DNA of 64,000 nucleotides from a bacterium (GTDB lineage Bacteria; Patescibacteriota; Minisyncoccia; UBA6257; JAGOQP01): NCBI GenBank assembly GCA_021812345.1, contig JAKANP010000002.1, positions 6,394 to 70,393 of the forward strand, read 5' to 3'. Shown piece by piece: positions 43,866 to 54,075 of this stretch (position 1 is its first letter; each line of letters starts with the position of its first letter). The notes under the pieces were generated by a model. It saw only the letters and a program-made list of their open reading frames with translations, ran no database searches and was not told where the DNA came from. The position numbers and the translations under genes were made by a program.

Positions 43866-46800
43866 TCTTTTTGGTCCCGGCAATACTGGGACTTTTTATT
43901 TTTAATTTTAAATCAACTTTCGCTTACGATTCCGGAACTCACGAATTTATTTCCGACACCGCTATAAAACTATTTAATAACAATTATTCAAATACGATAA
44001 ACTCCGACCTTGAGAAGTATCTTCTTGACGGAGTAAGGCGGGAAGATGACCCGCCCCGATGGATGAATCACTTTTATGACCCGATTTATAATAGAGGACT
44101 TTCTCAAGACGGTAAAATTGAACCGCTTTATCAACTTGGCGACTGGCAAGAATCAAAACTTTGGGCGCAAGATGGAGGAAATCAAAATAGAATTCAATAT
44201 TCTCCGGTAATCGCCACTATACTTTCTTCAATCCAGTCGGGGAAGATAGAAAAATTTTTCCCGACGGCCGATTTCACTTGGAATGAAGCTTTAAGGTATT
44301 GGATTCAAGGCGATAAAGAAATGGCGATGTTTACTTTAGGACACGTGATTCATCTTATTCAGGACGTTTCGGTTCCCGACCATACCCGAAACGACCCCCA
44401 TCCGGGAGACAGTCCTTATGAAAATTATTCCGCTCAATACACGTTATCAAATCCTGATTTATCCTTGGTCCAAAATATCAAAAATACAAAACCGGCAGAA
44501 TTATCCGATTTGAATTCTTATTTTGACCAAATGGCAACATATTCAAACAATAATTTTTATAGCAAAGACACAATCGGAATTCAAAGCGGATATTCAATGC
44601 CACAACCAGACAGTTATGAACCTTTGAAAAATGGGAGGCAAAATGAATACTATATTATAAATAATGATAAAAATGGAAACAATTATTTGCTCGCCTTACA
44701 AAAATCAAACAATAATAATCTAATTTTAAATTATAAAAATAATATAATTATTAACGACGCCAAGATTGAATTGAGCTACTGGTCTTTATTATCAAAAAAA
44801 GCGACTCAATACAGCGCCGGAGTAATAAATTTATTTTTTAATGAAGTTGAGAAAAACAAAAATAATCCGGCGTTTGCCAAAACAGAATCCCCTTCATTTT
44901 TAGCTCAAACCGCCAATGTAATCAAAAACGGATGGGACTCAACCAAAAATTTTGTTTTGGGAGTTTTTGGAAACGGAAACAATTTTCAAGAAATATCTCA
45001 AATCCCGGATGGGCAAAATCAAATCTCCAACCAAGACCAAAATTCAAATTCATTATCCGATTCTGTCGTAAATAAAAACATTGCCCCCGCGCCGGCAATT
45101 AAATCAGATAAAAACCCCGCTCCAAAAACATACAAAGTTTCACGGGTGATAGACGGCGACACAATAGTTTTGGATAACGGAACGGTTATCCGCTATGTCG
45201 GCATCGATGCTCCGGAAATTGCCTATCGACAAGGGAAAAGCGATTGCTTTGCCGAAGAAGCCCGCCAAAGAAACAAAGAACTTACACTCAATAAAAATGT
45301 CAGATTGGAATACATTCCCGGAGCAAGGACCGATAAATACGACAGAACACTGGCTTATGTTTGGGACGGCGATAATTTGGCAAACGAAATATTAGTCGCC
45401 GAAGGTTATGCTTACGCTTATAATTTTGGGCAAAAACATCCCAAGGATCAAGAATTTTTGGACGCGCAAACAAAAGCCCGTCAAGAAAAACTCGGACTTT
45501 GGGGACCGGCTTGCAAAAAAGACACGGCGGAAAATAATGGAAACGATTTGACTTCAAGCTCAACCGCAAGTTCCAGCCCGGAACAAAATATCGTCGATTC
45601 TCAAGATAAAAATAATACCAACGAATTAAACACCATCAATAATAATTCCGAAGAAATAAAAAATTTCTGCCAGTTTTCGTCCGGACAAAACCAAACGCCA
45701 TCGCTTAAAAATCTGGCAATCAACGAAGTGGCTTGGATGGGAACGCTAAACAGCGCAAACGACGAGTGGATTGAATTAAAAAATATCTCAAATTCAAATT
45801 TGAATTTGACCGGATATCAGCTCATAAGCAAAGACAATAAAATAGAAATCGATTTGGGAAAAATAAAATCGGCTTCAAATTCAGATACGAGCAAATTTTT
45901 ATTGCTTGAGAGAACGGATGACAATTCCGTTCCTAATATTAAAGCCGATTTGATTTATTCCGGTTCTTTGGCAAACGAAAACAGCGGGCTCAGGTTGTTT
46001 GATTCAAATTGCTCGTTAATCGATGAAATTATCGCCTCCCCAAATTGGCCGTCAGGAGACGCCTCCTCAAAAAGAACTGCCGAAAGAAATTTAAATCTTT
46101 TTGGCTGGCATACTTCCGGAACAATCGGCGGAACTCCAAAAAATGAAAATAGTTTTGGATATTCGTCCGGCGGAGGCGGAACAATAAATTCGACACCAAA
46201 TTCCACAAGCAATCAAGACAATTTAGCACCCAAAGAAACTCCTCAATTTTATCCGATTGTCATAAATGAAATAATGTATAACCCGAAAGGCTCCGACAGC
46301 AATCGGGAATGGGTCGAGATTTATAATAACGGAGAGACGGCGGTTGATATTTCAAAATGGAAAATTTTTGAAGGTGAAACCGGTCATCTTTTATCCTTAA
46401 AAGGCGGACCAAACACAATCGATGCCAAACAATATGCCGTTATTGCCGATGACGTTGAACAATTTAGAAAAGATTATCAGATAATTTACGGCCAGCCATA
46501 CGATGAATCTTTTGCTTTATTTGACAGTTCTTTTTCATTAAATAATAGCGGAGAAATGATTGCCATAAAAAATGGGGACCTAAAAATAGATGAAATAAAT
46601 TATCTCCCCGAATGGGGAGCAAACGATAACGGAAAGTCCCTTCAAAAATTTGCCGATGGATGGAAAGAAGCCGCGCCCACTCCGGGAAAAGAAAATATTT
46701 TTTCTCAAACTCAAAAATATTCCGGAACGCCGACAAATTTAGTTATCAGCGAAATTCAAACCGACGGACAAATTCCGGATGACGAGTTTATAGAAATTTA

Positions 46801-49657
46801 CAATCCGACTCAAAATCCGATATCTTTGAAAGGATACTCCGTTCAATATTTGAGCGGTCAAGCAACTTCCACACACAATATTCATTTTTTGGCAAAAATA
46901 GAAAACGACGTTGTAGTCCCGCCTTTGAAATTTTTTTTATTGGCTAATAAAGACGGGGTTTATTCCCAAAAAAATCCGGACTTAACCTACTCCTATTCCC
47001 TTTCAAAAACTTCGGCAGTTATTTTTTTATCCAATTCAATTGAGCCGGTTTCTTCGGAAAATGACCCGTCCATTGTTGATTACGTTGCTTATGGAGAAGT
47101 TAATTTTCCGAATGTTATTTCCGTGACGGCGCCCGGTTCCAATCAAAGCGTTGAGCGATTGGCTTTAAACGGAAACCTATGCGCCAGCCCGCAAAATGAC
47201 GGAGAATTTTTGGGAAATGGATGCAGAACAGGAATGCCTGAGGGCGATTTTGAAATTCGCTTAAATCCCCGCCCTCAAGGACTTTTGAATTTAGCCGAAC
47301 CAAGAAACGCTCCTTTGGCGGTTGAAAATTTTTCACTTTCTTATTCAACCACAAGCTTAACTTTATCGGCAGAATGGCAAACGGCGTCAACTTCGGAAAT
47401 AATTTCAACCTCAACTTCAAGCTCCAGCCCAAACTCTACGACTTCGAAAAATAAATTAATTTATAAAATTATTGACGATAGCGGAGATGAAATCGGTCAA
47501 ACCGCTTCTTCATCTTTATCAAAAAGAGTTGATGAAATAGGAAGAGATTATTTATGGTCAATTTTAGCAATGGATGCCGAAGGATTGTCGTCTTCAACTT
47601 CAACTGCTTCAATTTATTTTCCCAGTTTTTTGGACTCGCTTGATTTATTTAAACAACAAAACGCCGACGGGAAAGAAGAATATTATATAGAAGGAAAATA
47701 TTCCCAATATCCTTTTGTTCCAAATTTATACGCTCCGCGGGGTAATTTAAACGGGTCAATTTTGGTATTTTTCTTAAATCACGAAGCGGCAAAAGAGCCG
47801 ATAATTGAGGGCGGATATAAAACGCAATCCAAAGAAATTGCCGACAGCTTGCTGAGCGTGGATTACAATCATTGCGCCGCTTACCCGGGACCATTAAACA
47901 TGTTCATGTCGGGGGACGTGATAGATCCGTGCCCGCTTTATTGCCTGATGTCCGGAACGCCGTCAAAAGAATATTTTGAAGATAATCTGTTTTTATTAAA
48001 AGCGATTCCCCAAAATCAAAAAGAGTTGTCGGAATATGATTATATAACAGTCGCTTTTTATGCTTACGATCATTCCAGCACTTGGAGCGGAGGACAAGAA
48101 ATTTTGAGATTAGCGGCAATTGATAAAACAAAACATTATTTGAAATATCCGGCGCCAAAACATTATCCACCGGAAAAAATTAAAAATTTCACAGTTAAAC
48201 TTCACGACGACGAAATTTATAATCCTCACGTATTTTTGACTTGGGACGATACTACCGACAAAGACAGCGTCGACCGACTTTTAACCTATGAATATGCCGT
48301 CTCCAGCTCAACAGATTCAACTTCAACGGAAATTGAAAATAGTTCTTTGCTTTTATGGAATAAAACTTATAAACAATATGCCGCCAGCAATGGAAATACA
48401 TTTCAAATCGGACCCGAAATTCCTTTAGGAAACGGCGGAAAATATAAATTTTATCTGAGAGCCAAAGACAATTTCGGATTATCGTCAGAGATTTCAGATT
48501 TTGTTTTTGATTTTAATCCTCCACAATTTATCGCCGGCACCGGTGAAAAATACCCATGGGACAGGACTTTTGATATCGCCACTATTGAAAATTCAAATCA
48601 AATTTATAAACTCGGCGAAAGATTTGTTATACAAAACCCCAGCCAAATAACGCGACTGCTGACGGAAATGCACAATATCAATCCTTTTTGGAACCGCACC
48701 GACCCACCATCAAATTTTGACGCTAAAATTTCAATCAACCTAATAAACGGGACGTCGTCTGATCCCAACAACGGACTGACCGAAATCTATTCCAAAACAA
48801 TTACTCAAATTCCGGCGTTATATTTCTTTGAACAAAAAAACTTTGAAATAAAAATGGATCCGCCACTTGTTTTATCTCCGGGAAATTATTTTTTTGAAAT
48901 AGAAACATTAAACGGGAATGCGGTAAGTAGAGACCAGGGACTTTCTGTATCTATGGCAAACAATCCGCCGACAGAAATAAATGTTTATGTCTATAAAAAA
49001 CCCGGGAGTTCCGGCCCCGATTGGACCGAACGCTCTTCAAAAGATATTTTCTTCAGATTGTTCGGATATCCTCAAACAATAAATAATTTATTAGTTTTAT
49101 CGCCTCAATTAAAAAATTTATTGGCGACGCCAAAAATAATCTCAGATACAACGACGGAAGAAACTCAAACGATTTTTGGTCCATTGCCAATAGCTATCAA
49201 TTTAGAAACAGAAACATCATCAAACGAAAACGACACATCAAGTTCGTCTTTGGAAAAATCCAACTTGATTCAAGAAGACAGCGACCAAAATTCATCGTCC
49301 ACAAATTCAACATCAACAACTGCAATAATAGATGATTCAAAAATTGATAGCGCGTTTTTAAGCGCGCCCTTATCCGATGAAAATAATTTAAATCAGCCAT
49401 CAAGTTCTTCAAGCGATAGCCCAAGCATCATTGAACTATTGCCGATAGATTTTGACGCAAATCCATCGACCACGGAAACAACCACCGAAGAAATAACAGA
49501 AGAAATAAATTCTTTGTCCACAGCCACTTCCTCACCAATGATTGACGGAATGGAAGATTTCGACACCGCATCAAACACCACAACAACTTCCATTATTATA
49601 AATCCGACAGCGACAACAACAACAGAAGATAAATACGCCACCACGACAGAAATTTAA
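43844..49657 (+). CDS. Giant secreted multidomain nuclease: Zn-dependent phospholipase C / S1-P1 nuclease-like domain, staphylococcal nuclease (SNase) domain, three lamin-tail domains (LTD), plus long uncharacterised and S/T-rich C-terminal regions
   Basis: Signal peptide MENRKYVIFLVPAILGLFIFNFKSTFA. LGHVIHLIQDVSVPDHTRND matches the LG.A.H...D...P.H..N zinc-ligand block of PLC/P1 nucleases. VIDGDTIVLDNGTVIRYVGIDAPE...DKYDRTLAYV...NEILVAEGYAYAY is the SNase/thermonuclease signature. Three LTD units match INEVAWMG...DEWIELKN, VINEIMYNP...REWVEIYNNG and VISEIQTDG...DEFIEIYNPT. Confidence 0.7.
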   Translation: MENRKYVIFLVPAILGLFIFNFKSTFAYDSGTHEFISDTAIKLFNNNYSNTINSDLEKYLLDGVRREDDPPRWMNHFYDPIYNRGLSQDGKIEPLYQLGDWQESKLWAQDGGNQNRIQYSPVIATILSSIQSGKIEKFFPTADFTWNEALRYWIQGDKEMAMFTLGHVIHLIQDVSVPDHTRNDPHPGDSPYENYSAQYTLSNPDLSLVQNIKNTKPAELSDLNSYFDQMATYSNNNFYSKDTIGIQSGYSMPQPDSYEPLKNGRQNEYYIINNDKNGNNYLLALQKSNNNNLILNYKNNIIINDAKIELSYWSLLSKKATQYSAGVINLFFNEVEKNKNNPAFAKTESPSFLAQTANVIKNGWDSTKNFVLGVFGNGNNFQEISQIPDGQNQISNQDQNSNSLSDSVVNKNIAPAPAIKSDKNPAPKTYKVSRVIDGDTIVLDNGTVIRYVGIDAPEIAYRQGKSDCFAEEARQRNKELTLNKNVRLEYIPGARTDKYDRTLAYVWDGDNLANEILVAEGYAYAYNFGQKHPKDQEFLDAQTKARQEKLGLWGPACKKDTAENNGNDLTSSSTASSSPEQNIVDSQDKNNTNELNTINNNSEEIKNFCQFSSGQNQTPSLKNLAINEVAWMGTLNSANDEWIELKNISNSNLNLTGYQLISKDNKIEIDLGKIKSASNSDTSKFLLLERTDDNSVPNIKADLIYSGSLANENSGLRLFDSNCSLIDEIIASPNWPSGDASSKRTAERNLNLFGWHTSGTIGGTPKNENSFGYSSGGGGTINSTPNSTSNQDNLAPKETPQFYPIVINEIMYNPKGSDSNREWVEIYNNGETAVDISKWKIFEGETGHLLSLKGGPNTIDAKQYAVIADDVEQFRKDYQIIYGQPYDESFALFDSSFSLNNSGEMIAIKNGDLKIDEINYLPEWGANDNGKSLQKFADGWKEAAPTPGKENIFSQTQKYSGTPTNLVISEIQTDGQIPDDEFIEIYNPTQNPISLKGYSVQYLSGQATSTHNIHFLAKIENDVVVPPLKFFLLANKDGVYSQKNPDLTYSYSLSKTSAVIFLSNSIEPVSSENDPSIVDYVAYGEVNFPNVISVTAPGSNQSVERLALNGNLCASPQNDGEFLGNGCRTGMPEGDFEIRLNPRPQGLLNLAEPRNAPLAVENFSLSYSTTSLTLSAEWQTASTSEIISTSTSSSSPNSTTSKNKLIYKIIDDSGDEIGQTASSSLSKRVDEIGRDYLWSILAMDAEGLSSSTSTASIYFPSFLDSLDLFKQQNADGKEEYYIEGKYSQYPFVPNLYAPRGNLNGSILVFFLNHEAAKEPIIEGGYKTQSKEIADSLLSVDYNHCAAYPGPLNMFMSGDVIDPCPLYCLMSGTPSKEYFEDNLFLLKAIPQNQKELSEYDYITVAFYAYDHSSTWSGGQEILRLAAIDKTKHYLKYPAPKHYPPEKIKNFTVKLHDDEIYNPHVFLTWDDTTDKDSVDRLLTYEYAVSSSTDSTSTEIENSSLLLWNKTYKQYAASNGNTFQIGPEIPLGNGGKYKFYLRAKDNFGLSSEISDFVFDFNPPQFIAGTGEKYPWDRTFDIATIENSNQIYKLGERFVIQNPSQITRLLTEMHNINPFWNRTDPPSNFDAKISINLINGTSSDPNNGLTEIYSKTITQIPALYFFEQKNFEIKMDPPLVLSPGNYFFEIETLNGNAVSRDQGLSVSMANNPPTEINVYVYKKPGSSGPDWTERSSKDIFFRLFGYPQTINNLLVLSPQLKNLLATPKIISDTTTEETQTIFGPLPIAINLETETSSNENDTSSSSLEKSNLIQEDSDQNSSSTNSTSTTAIIDDSKIDSAFLSAPLSDENNLNQPSSSSSDSPSIIELLPIDFDANPSTTETTTEEITEEINSLSTATSSPMIDGMEDFDTASNTTTTSIIINPTATTTTEDKYATTTEI

Positions 49658-49668
49658 AAAATAAAAAA

Positions 49669-49700
49669 GCCGCTCGGTATATGTTACATACGCGAGCGGC
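49669..49700. terminator. Bidirectional intrinsic terminator
   Basis: GCCGCTCGgtatatgttacatacgCGAGCGGC is a hairpin with A-tracts on both sides (U-tracts for the minus-strand transcript), between the giant nuclease gene (+) and the 65-aa ORF (-). Confidence 0.5.
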
Positions 49701-49710
49701 GAGAAAAAAA

Positions 49711-49908
49711 TCAGCCCCTCCCTTGGACATTCTTGGGATAAAAACGCAAGATCGCCATCTGCATCAATTCTCTGAAAATCCGACTCTGCGATAGAGTTTT
49801 CATCTCATCGGCAGTCAAATGACAATTGCTCAATTCCTCCGACAAAACACTCAAAACTTCCATTTTTGAAGGCAAATCGTCTTCTTTTCGGTTGAAACCG
49901 TTTGGCAT
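49711..49908 (-). CDS. Small hypothetical protein (65 aa), weakly supported
   Basis: Its only support is a good minus-strand intrinsic terminator just downstream (49669-49700) and an upstream 28-bp palindrome. No recognisable motif. Confidence 0.2.
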   Translation of the reverse strand: MPNGFNRKEDDLPSKMEVLSVLSEELSNCHLTADEMKTLSQSRIFRELMQMAILRFYPKNVQGRG

Positions 49909-50103
49909 CTTTTTATCCTTTCTTTTTTGTGCTGAGAACTAAATATTGTATAGCAAAAAACTCAAGAGATTGTCAATTGTTTGTAATGGTTCAATAGCTT
50001 TGCATCACTTGAGTATGTAAGATTAATTAAAAATAAAAACATCAGATATATCAAAAATTCTAATTTAATCACGGTTTCAATATTGAAACCGTGATGTTAT
50101 TCT

Positions 50104-50217
50104 GACCTCACCTTAGGGTTATTTTAATAAGATAAAAATAACCTGGAAAGACCTCACCTTAGGGTTATTTTAATAAGATAAAAATAACCCCAAAGACCTC
50201 ACCTTAGGGTTATTTTT
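50104..50217. repeat. Tandem 45-47-bp hairpin-containing repeats (2.5 copies) immediately downstream of hup
   Basis: The unit GACCTCACCTTAGGGTTATTTTAATAAGATAAAAATAACC(nnn)AAA is repeated at 50104, 50150 and 50195 (the last partial). Each unit holds a perfect 9-bp stem GGTTATTTT/AAAATAACC. Confidence 0.8.
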
Positions 50218-50236
50218 AAGTGTTTAAACGCTAAAA

Positions 50237-50512
50237 TTATTTAACAGCCTCTTTAAGAGCTTTGGCGGCTCTGAATTTTGGCTTGATGGAAGCGGCAATC
50301 TGAATTTTTTCTCCGGTTCTCGGATTAATTCCTTCGCGAGCCGATCTTTTTGCAACTCTGAAAGTTCCAAAACCGGCAACGGCCACTTCTTCTCCTTTAG
50401 CCATGGTTTTAGTTATCGTGTCAAAGACAGCTTCAACGGCGATAGTTGCTTGTTTTTTAACTTCAATACCGGCCGCTTTCATTACTGCTTCAACTAATTC
50501 TGGCTTTTTCAT
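50237..50512 (-). CDS. hup: Histone-like DNA-binding protein HU
   Basis: MKKPELVEAVMKAAGI...GFGTFRVAKRSAREGINPRTGEKIQIAASIKPKFRAAKALK is a canonical HU/IHF-fold protein of 91 aa. Confidence 0.9.
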   Translation of the reverse strand: MKKPELVEAVMKAAGIEVKKQATIAVEAVFDTITKTMAKGEEVAVAGFGTFRVAKRSAREGINPRTGEKIQIAASIKPKFRAAKALKEAVK

Positions 50513-50750
50513 ATTAAATTATTCATATTTTATCCCGACCTTTTTACTTACTGAACTAATTATAAACAATCGTCTTTATAAACACAAGGAAACAAGCGAC
50601 TTTTTGTGGATTAGTTGTTAATTAATAAAAAAACCGCATAAATACTCATTATTTTTAACGTAAAAAGGCCCATAAAACATCATCTTATTAAACAATATAA
50701 AATAAAAACCCCTGATTTTTTCAGGGATTTTTATTGATGTAATTTTGTAT

Positions 50751-52295
50751 TTATTTAGCGTATTCCACGGCTCTTGTTTCTCTCATAACAACCACTTTTA
50801 TTTCTCCCGGATACTTGAGTTCGGATTCAATTTTTTTTGCGATTTCTCTTGCTAATTCCAAAGAACCGAAATCATCTATTTTTTCCGGAGTGACAAAAAT
50901 TCTAAGCTCCCTTCCGGCTGAAATAGCATACGCGTTTTTAACCCCTTCAAAACCGGTGGCAATATTTTCCAAATCTCCAAGACGTTTTATATAATTTTCA
51001 AGAGTATCTCTTCTCGCCCCGGGTCTGGCGGCGGAAATTGCGTCAGCGGCGGCAACAACATACGCTTCCGGAATGGCAAACGGATATTCTTCGTGGTGAG
51101 CTTCCATCGCTTGGATAATTTGATCGCTTATTCCGTATTTTTTGAGAATTTTTCTTCCGATTTCAACATGGCTTCCGGCAACTTCGTGGTCTATGGATTT
51201 TCCGATATCGTGAAGCAAGGCTCCTTTTCTGGCGATATCGACATTTAATTTAAGTTCTTCTGCTATCATTCCGGCAAAGGAAGCCACTTCAACCGAATGT
51301 CTTAAAACATTTTGACCATAACTGGTTCTAAAATTAAGACGCCCTAAAAGTTGAATAATTTCCTTCGGTAAGTCATAAACTCCAACTTCGTAAGCGGCCT
51401 CTTCTCCCGCTTCCATTATTTTTTTGGATATTTCTTGGGTGGCTTCTTCCACTTTTTCTTCTATTTTAGCCGGCTGGATTCTTCCGTCTTTAATCAATTT
51501 TTCCAAAGCAGAACGCGCAATTTCTCTTCGCACCGGATCAAAAGAAGAAATTACAATACTGTCGGGAGTCTCATCAATTACCAGTTCAACGCCGGTAACT
51601 TTTTCAAAAGTTCTGATATTTCTCCCTTCTTTTCCGATAACTTTTCCCTTAAATTCTTCATCGGGCAATTGGACAGCAGTCGTTGTAAGTTCGGCCGCCG
51701 AAGATCGGCTATATCGCTGAATAACGGTGGTCAATATCTCGCTGGCTTTCTTTTCTATTTCATCTCTTCTTTCGCCCATCATTTTTTTGACATACTCGGC
51801 CAAATCTTGCTGATATTTTTGTTCGGCATCTTTCATTAAGAGTTCTTTGGCTTCTTCCTGTGAAAGCTTGGCTATTTTTTCAAGTTCTTTTGAAATTCCG
51901 GCTTTAAGTTGTTCAATGTGTCCTTTGGCTTCGATTAATTTTTGGACATCAGTTTGAACATTTTTTTCTTTTTCTTTTATTTCAAGCGATTCTTTTTCAA
52001 GAGATTCTTCTTTTTTAAGAAGCCGTTCTTCCACCCGGTCCAGTTGGGATTTTCTTTCTTTCTCTTCCTGTTTTATTTCCTCAAGAATCTGGGCGGATTT
52101 TTGTTGCGCCTCCAAAACAACCTCTTTTGATTTTGATTTGGCTTCTTCAATCTGACGATTTATTTTTTCTTCCAAAGAAGCGGCTCTTTTAGAAACAAGA
52201 TTCTGCCTTATAAAGTAGCCGGCCGCTATCCCAACCACCAGGGCAATTCCAAAGTAAACAAAATTTATCGTATCCATATGGTATACGGGCTTCAA
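50751..52295 (-). CDS. rny: Ribonuclease Y
   Basis: N-terminal TM anchor, coiled coil, KH domain (KGKVIGKEGRNIRTFEKVTGVELVID), and an HD domain (LRHSVEVASFAGMIAEELK...ALLHDIGK). 514 aa. Confidence 0.85.
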   Translation of the reverse strand: MKPVYHMDTINFVYFGIALVVGIAAGYFIRQNLVSKRAASLEEKINRQIEEAKSKSKEVVLEAQQKSAQILEEIKQEEKERKSQLDRVEERLLKKEESLEKESLEIKEKEKNVQTDVQKLIEAKGHIEQLKAGISKELEKIAKLSQEEAKELLMKDAEQKYQQDLAEYVKKMMGERRDEIEKKASEILTTVIQRYSRSSAAELTTTAVQLPDEEFKGKVIGKEGRNIRTFEKVTGVELVIDETPDSIVISSFDPVRREIARSALEKLIKDGRIQPAKIEEKVEEATQEISKKIMEAGEEAAYEVGVYDLPKEIIQLLGRLNFRTSYGQNVLRHSVEVASFAGMIAEELKLNVDIARKGALLHDIGKSIDHEVAGSHVEIGRKILKKYGISDQIIQAMEAHHEEYPFAIPEAYVVAAADAISAARPGARRDTLENYIKRLGDLENIATGFEGVKNAYAISAGRELRIFVTPEKIDDFGSLELAREIAKKIESELKYPGEIKVVVMRETRAVEYAK

Positions 52296-52467
52296 GATTC
52301 TCCTCAGCTCTTTTGTTTTTCAAAAAATTAAAAAAATCAACGGTGTAAGAATTCATCCTAAAGTCCAAATTAATTCAAATGCGTATTTTTATAATAAACC
52401 CAAAAGAATCTGGCGTCAAATTGTTTTTTTTATTATTATTAGTTGGTAGCCAAATTAAAAAAACAAA

Positions 52468-54018
52468 ATGAGAAACACGGTTGTTCTAATAGTTTTAGAC
52501 GGATGGGGAATCGGCGAAAAAGGCGAATCCAACCCGATTTATGCCGCTAAACCAAAAAACATAGCTTATATAAAAAACAATTTCCCATCAGGGTCTCTTC
52601 AGGCCTCAGGAATTGCCGTCGGACTTCCATGGGGAGAAGAAGGCAACAGCGAAGTCGGTCACTTAACTATGGGAGCCGGAAAAGTAATTTATCAGCATTA
52701 TCCGAGAATCAGTCTGGCAATAAGGAACGGAAGTTTTTCTTCAAACCCGACCATTGAGGCTCTGTTTGATAATGCCAAAAAAAATAATTCAAAAATTAAT
52801 TTTGTGGGACTTGTCGGAGAAGCCAATGTCCATTCCTCAATGGAACACTTGAAAGCGCTGATAGATATGGCGTCAAAAAAAGAAGTTAATTTTATGATTC
52901 AAGTCATTACCGACGGCAGAGACAGCGCTCCCGAATCGGCGATGTCTTTGATAGAGCAACTTCCCGAAGGACACATCGGAAGTATTGTCGGAAGATTTTA
53001 TGCAATGGATAGAGATAAAAGATGGGACTTAACCCAAAGAGCTTATAATATGTTAATCGGCAGTGTAAACGATTCGCAAATTATTTCGGAAAAAGATATT
53101 AAAAAACATCTTCAGCAAACTTATGAAAAGGGCTTAAACGACGAATACATATTGCCGACAATTATCGGTTCTAAAGAAAATATCATTCAGGAAAAAGATT
53201 CAGTTTTCTTTTTTGATTTTAGAGAAGACAGAATGAGACAGTTAGTTGAAAGTTTTATCAATCCTCAATTTTCACAATACCCGATAAAAGAATTCAAAAA
53301 TGTTTTATTCACTTCTATGACCCAAATCAGGGAAGATTTTAATATTCCCGTCGCCTTTCCTCCTCAGCACGTTGATAATCCGGTTGGAAAAATAATTTCG
53401 GAAAACGACAAAACCCAATTAAGAATCGCCGAAACACAAAAATACGCTCACGTCACATTTTTCTTTAACGGTCTTAATGACGCCGCCTTTGCCAATGAAT
53501 ACAGAGTGCTTATTCCATCAAGAATCATTCCACGCCAAGATCAAGACCCGATAATGATGGCGCCGGCAATCACAACAAGACTCACTCAAGCGATAGAGGA
53601 AGAGGCGTTTGATTTTATTTTGGTCAATTATGCCAATCCCGATATGGTGGCGCACACCGGAAATTTTGAAGCTTCCGTTAAAGCGGTGCAAGTTATAGAC
53701 GAACAACTGGGTAAAGTTATACAAGCCATATTGAAACATAATTCCGTAGCTATTATCACTGCCGACCATGGGAATATTGAACGCTTGTTTAATCCGCAAA
53801 CGGGAGAACCGGAAACAAAACACGACACCAGCCCCGTGCCGATATATCTTGTGGGAGCAAAATATTTCAAACCTCAAAACCCATCCGACGTCGAAGAAAA
53901 AGAAAAATTTACCATCGGCATGCTGTCGGATATAGCGCCCACAATTTTGGAATTAATGGGAATGCCCAAACACCCGGACATGACCGGAGAAAGTTTGATA
54001 AGAAATTTAATTTATTAG
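52468..54018 (+). CDS. gpmI: 2,3-bisphosphoglycerate-independent phosphoglycerate mutase
   Basis: MRNTVVLIVLDGWGIGEKGESNPIYAAKPKN is a canonical iPGM N-terminus (metal-binding Asp, catalytic Ser region). 516 aa. Confidence 0.9.
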   Translation: MRNTVVLIVLDGWGIGEKGESNPIYAAKPKNIAYIKNNFPSGSLQASGIAVGLPWGEEGNSEVGHLTMGAGKVIYQHYPRISLAIRNGSFSSNPTIEALFDNAKKNNSKINFVGLVGEANVHSSMEHLKALIDMASKKEVNFMIQVITDGRDSAPESAMSLIEQLPEGHIGSIVGRFYAMDRDKRWDLTQRAYNMLIGSVNDSQIISEKDIKKHLQQTYEKGLNDEYILPTIIGSKENIIQEKDSVFFFDFREDRMRQLVESFINPQFSQYPIKEFKNVLFTSMTQIREDFNIPVAFPPQHVDNPVGKIISENDKTQLRIAETQKYAHVTFFFNGLNDAAFANEYRVLIPSRIIPRQDQDPIMMAPAITTRLTQAIEEEAFDFILVNYANPDMVAHTGNFEASVKAVQVIDEQLGKVIQAILKHNSVAIITADHGNIERLFNPQTGEPETKHDTSPVPIYLVGAKYFKPQNPSDVEEKEKFTIGMLSDIAPTILELMGMPKHPDMTGESLIRNLIY

Positions 54019-54034
54019 AAACTTCAAAATTACA

Positions 54035-54075
54035 AAGCACTCAAAAAAACGGACTTTTTAATTTAGTCCGTTTTT
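54035..54075. terminator. Bidirectional intrinsic terminator between gpmI (+) and eno (-)
   Basis: AAAAAACGGACTttttaatttAGTCCGTTTTTT is a perfect 8-bp stem flanked by A- and T-tracts. Confidence 0.55.
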
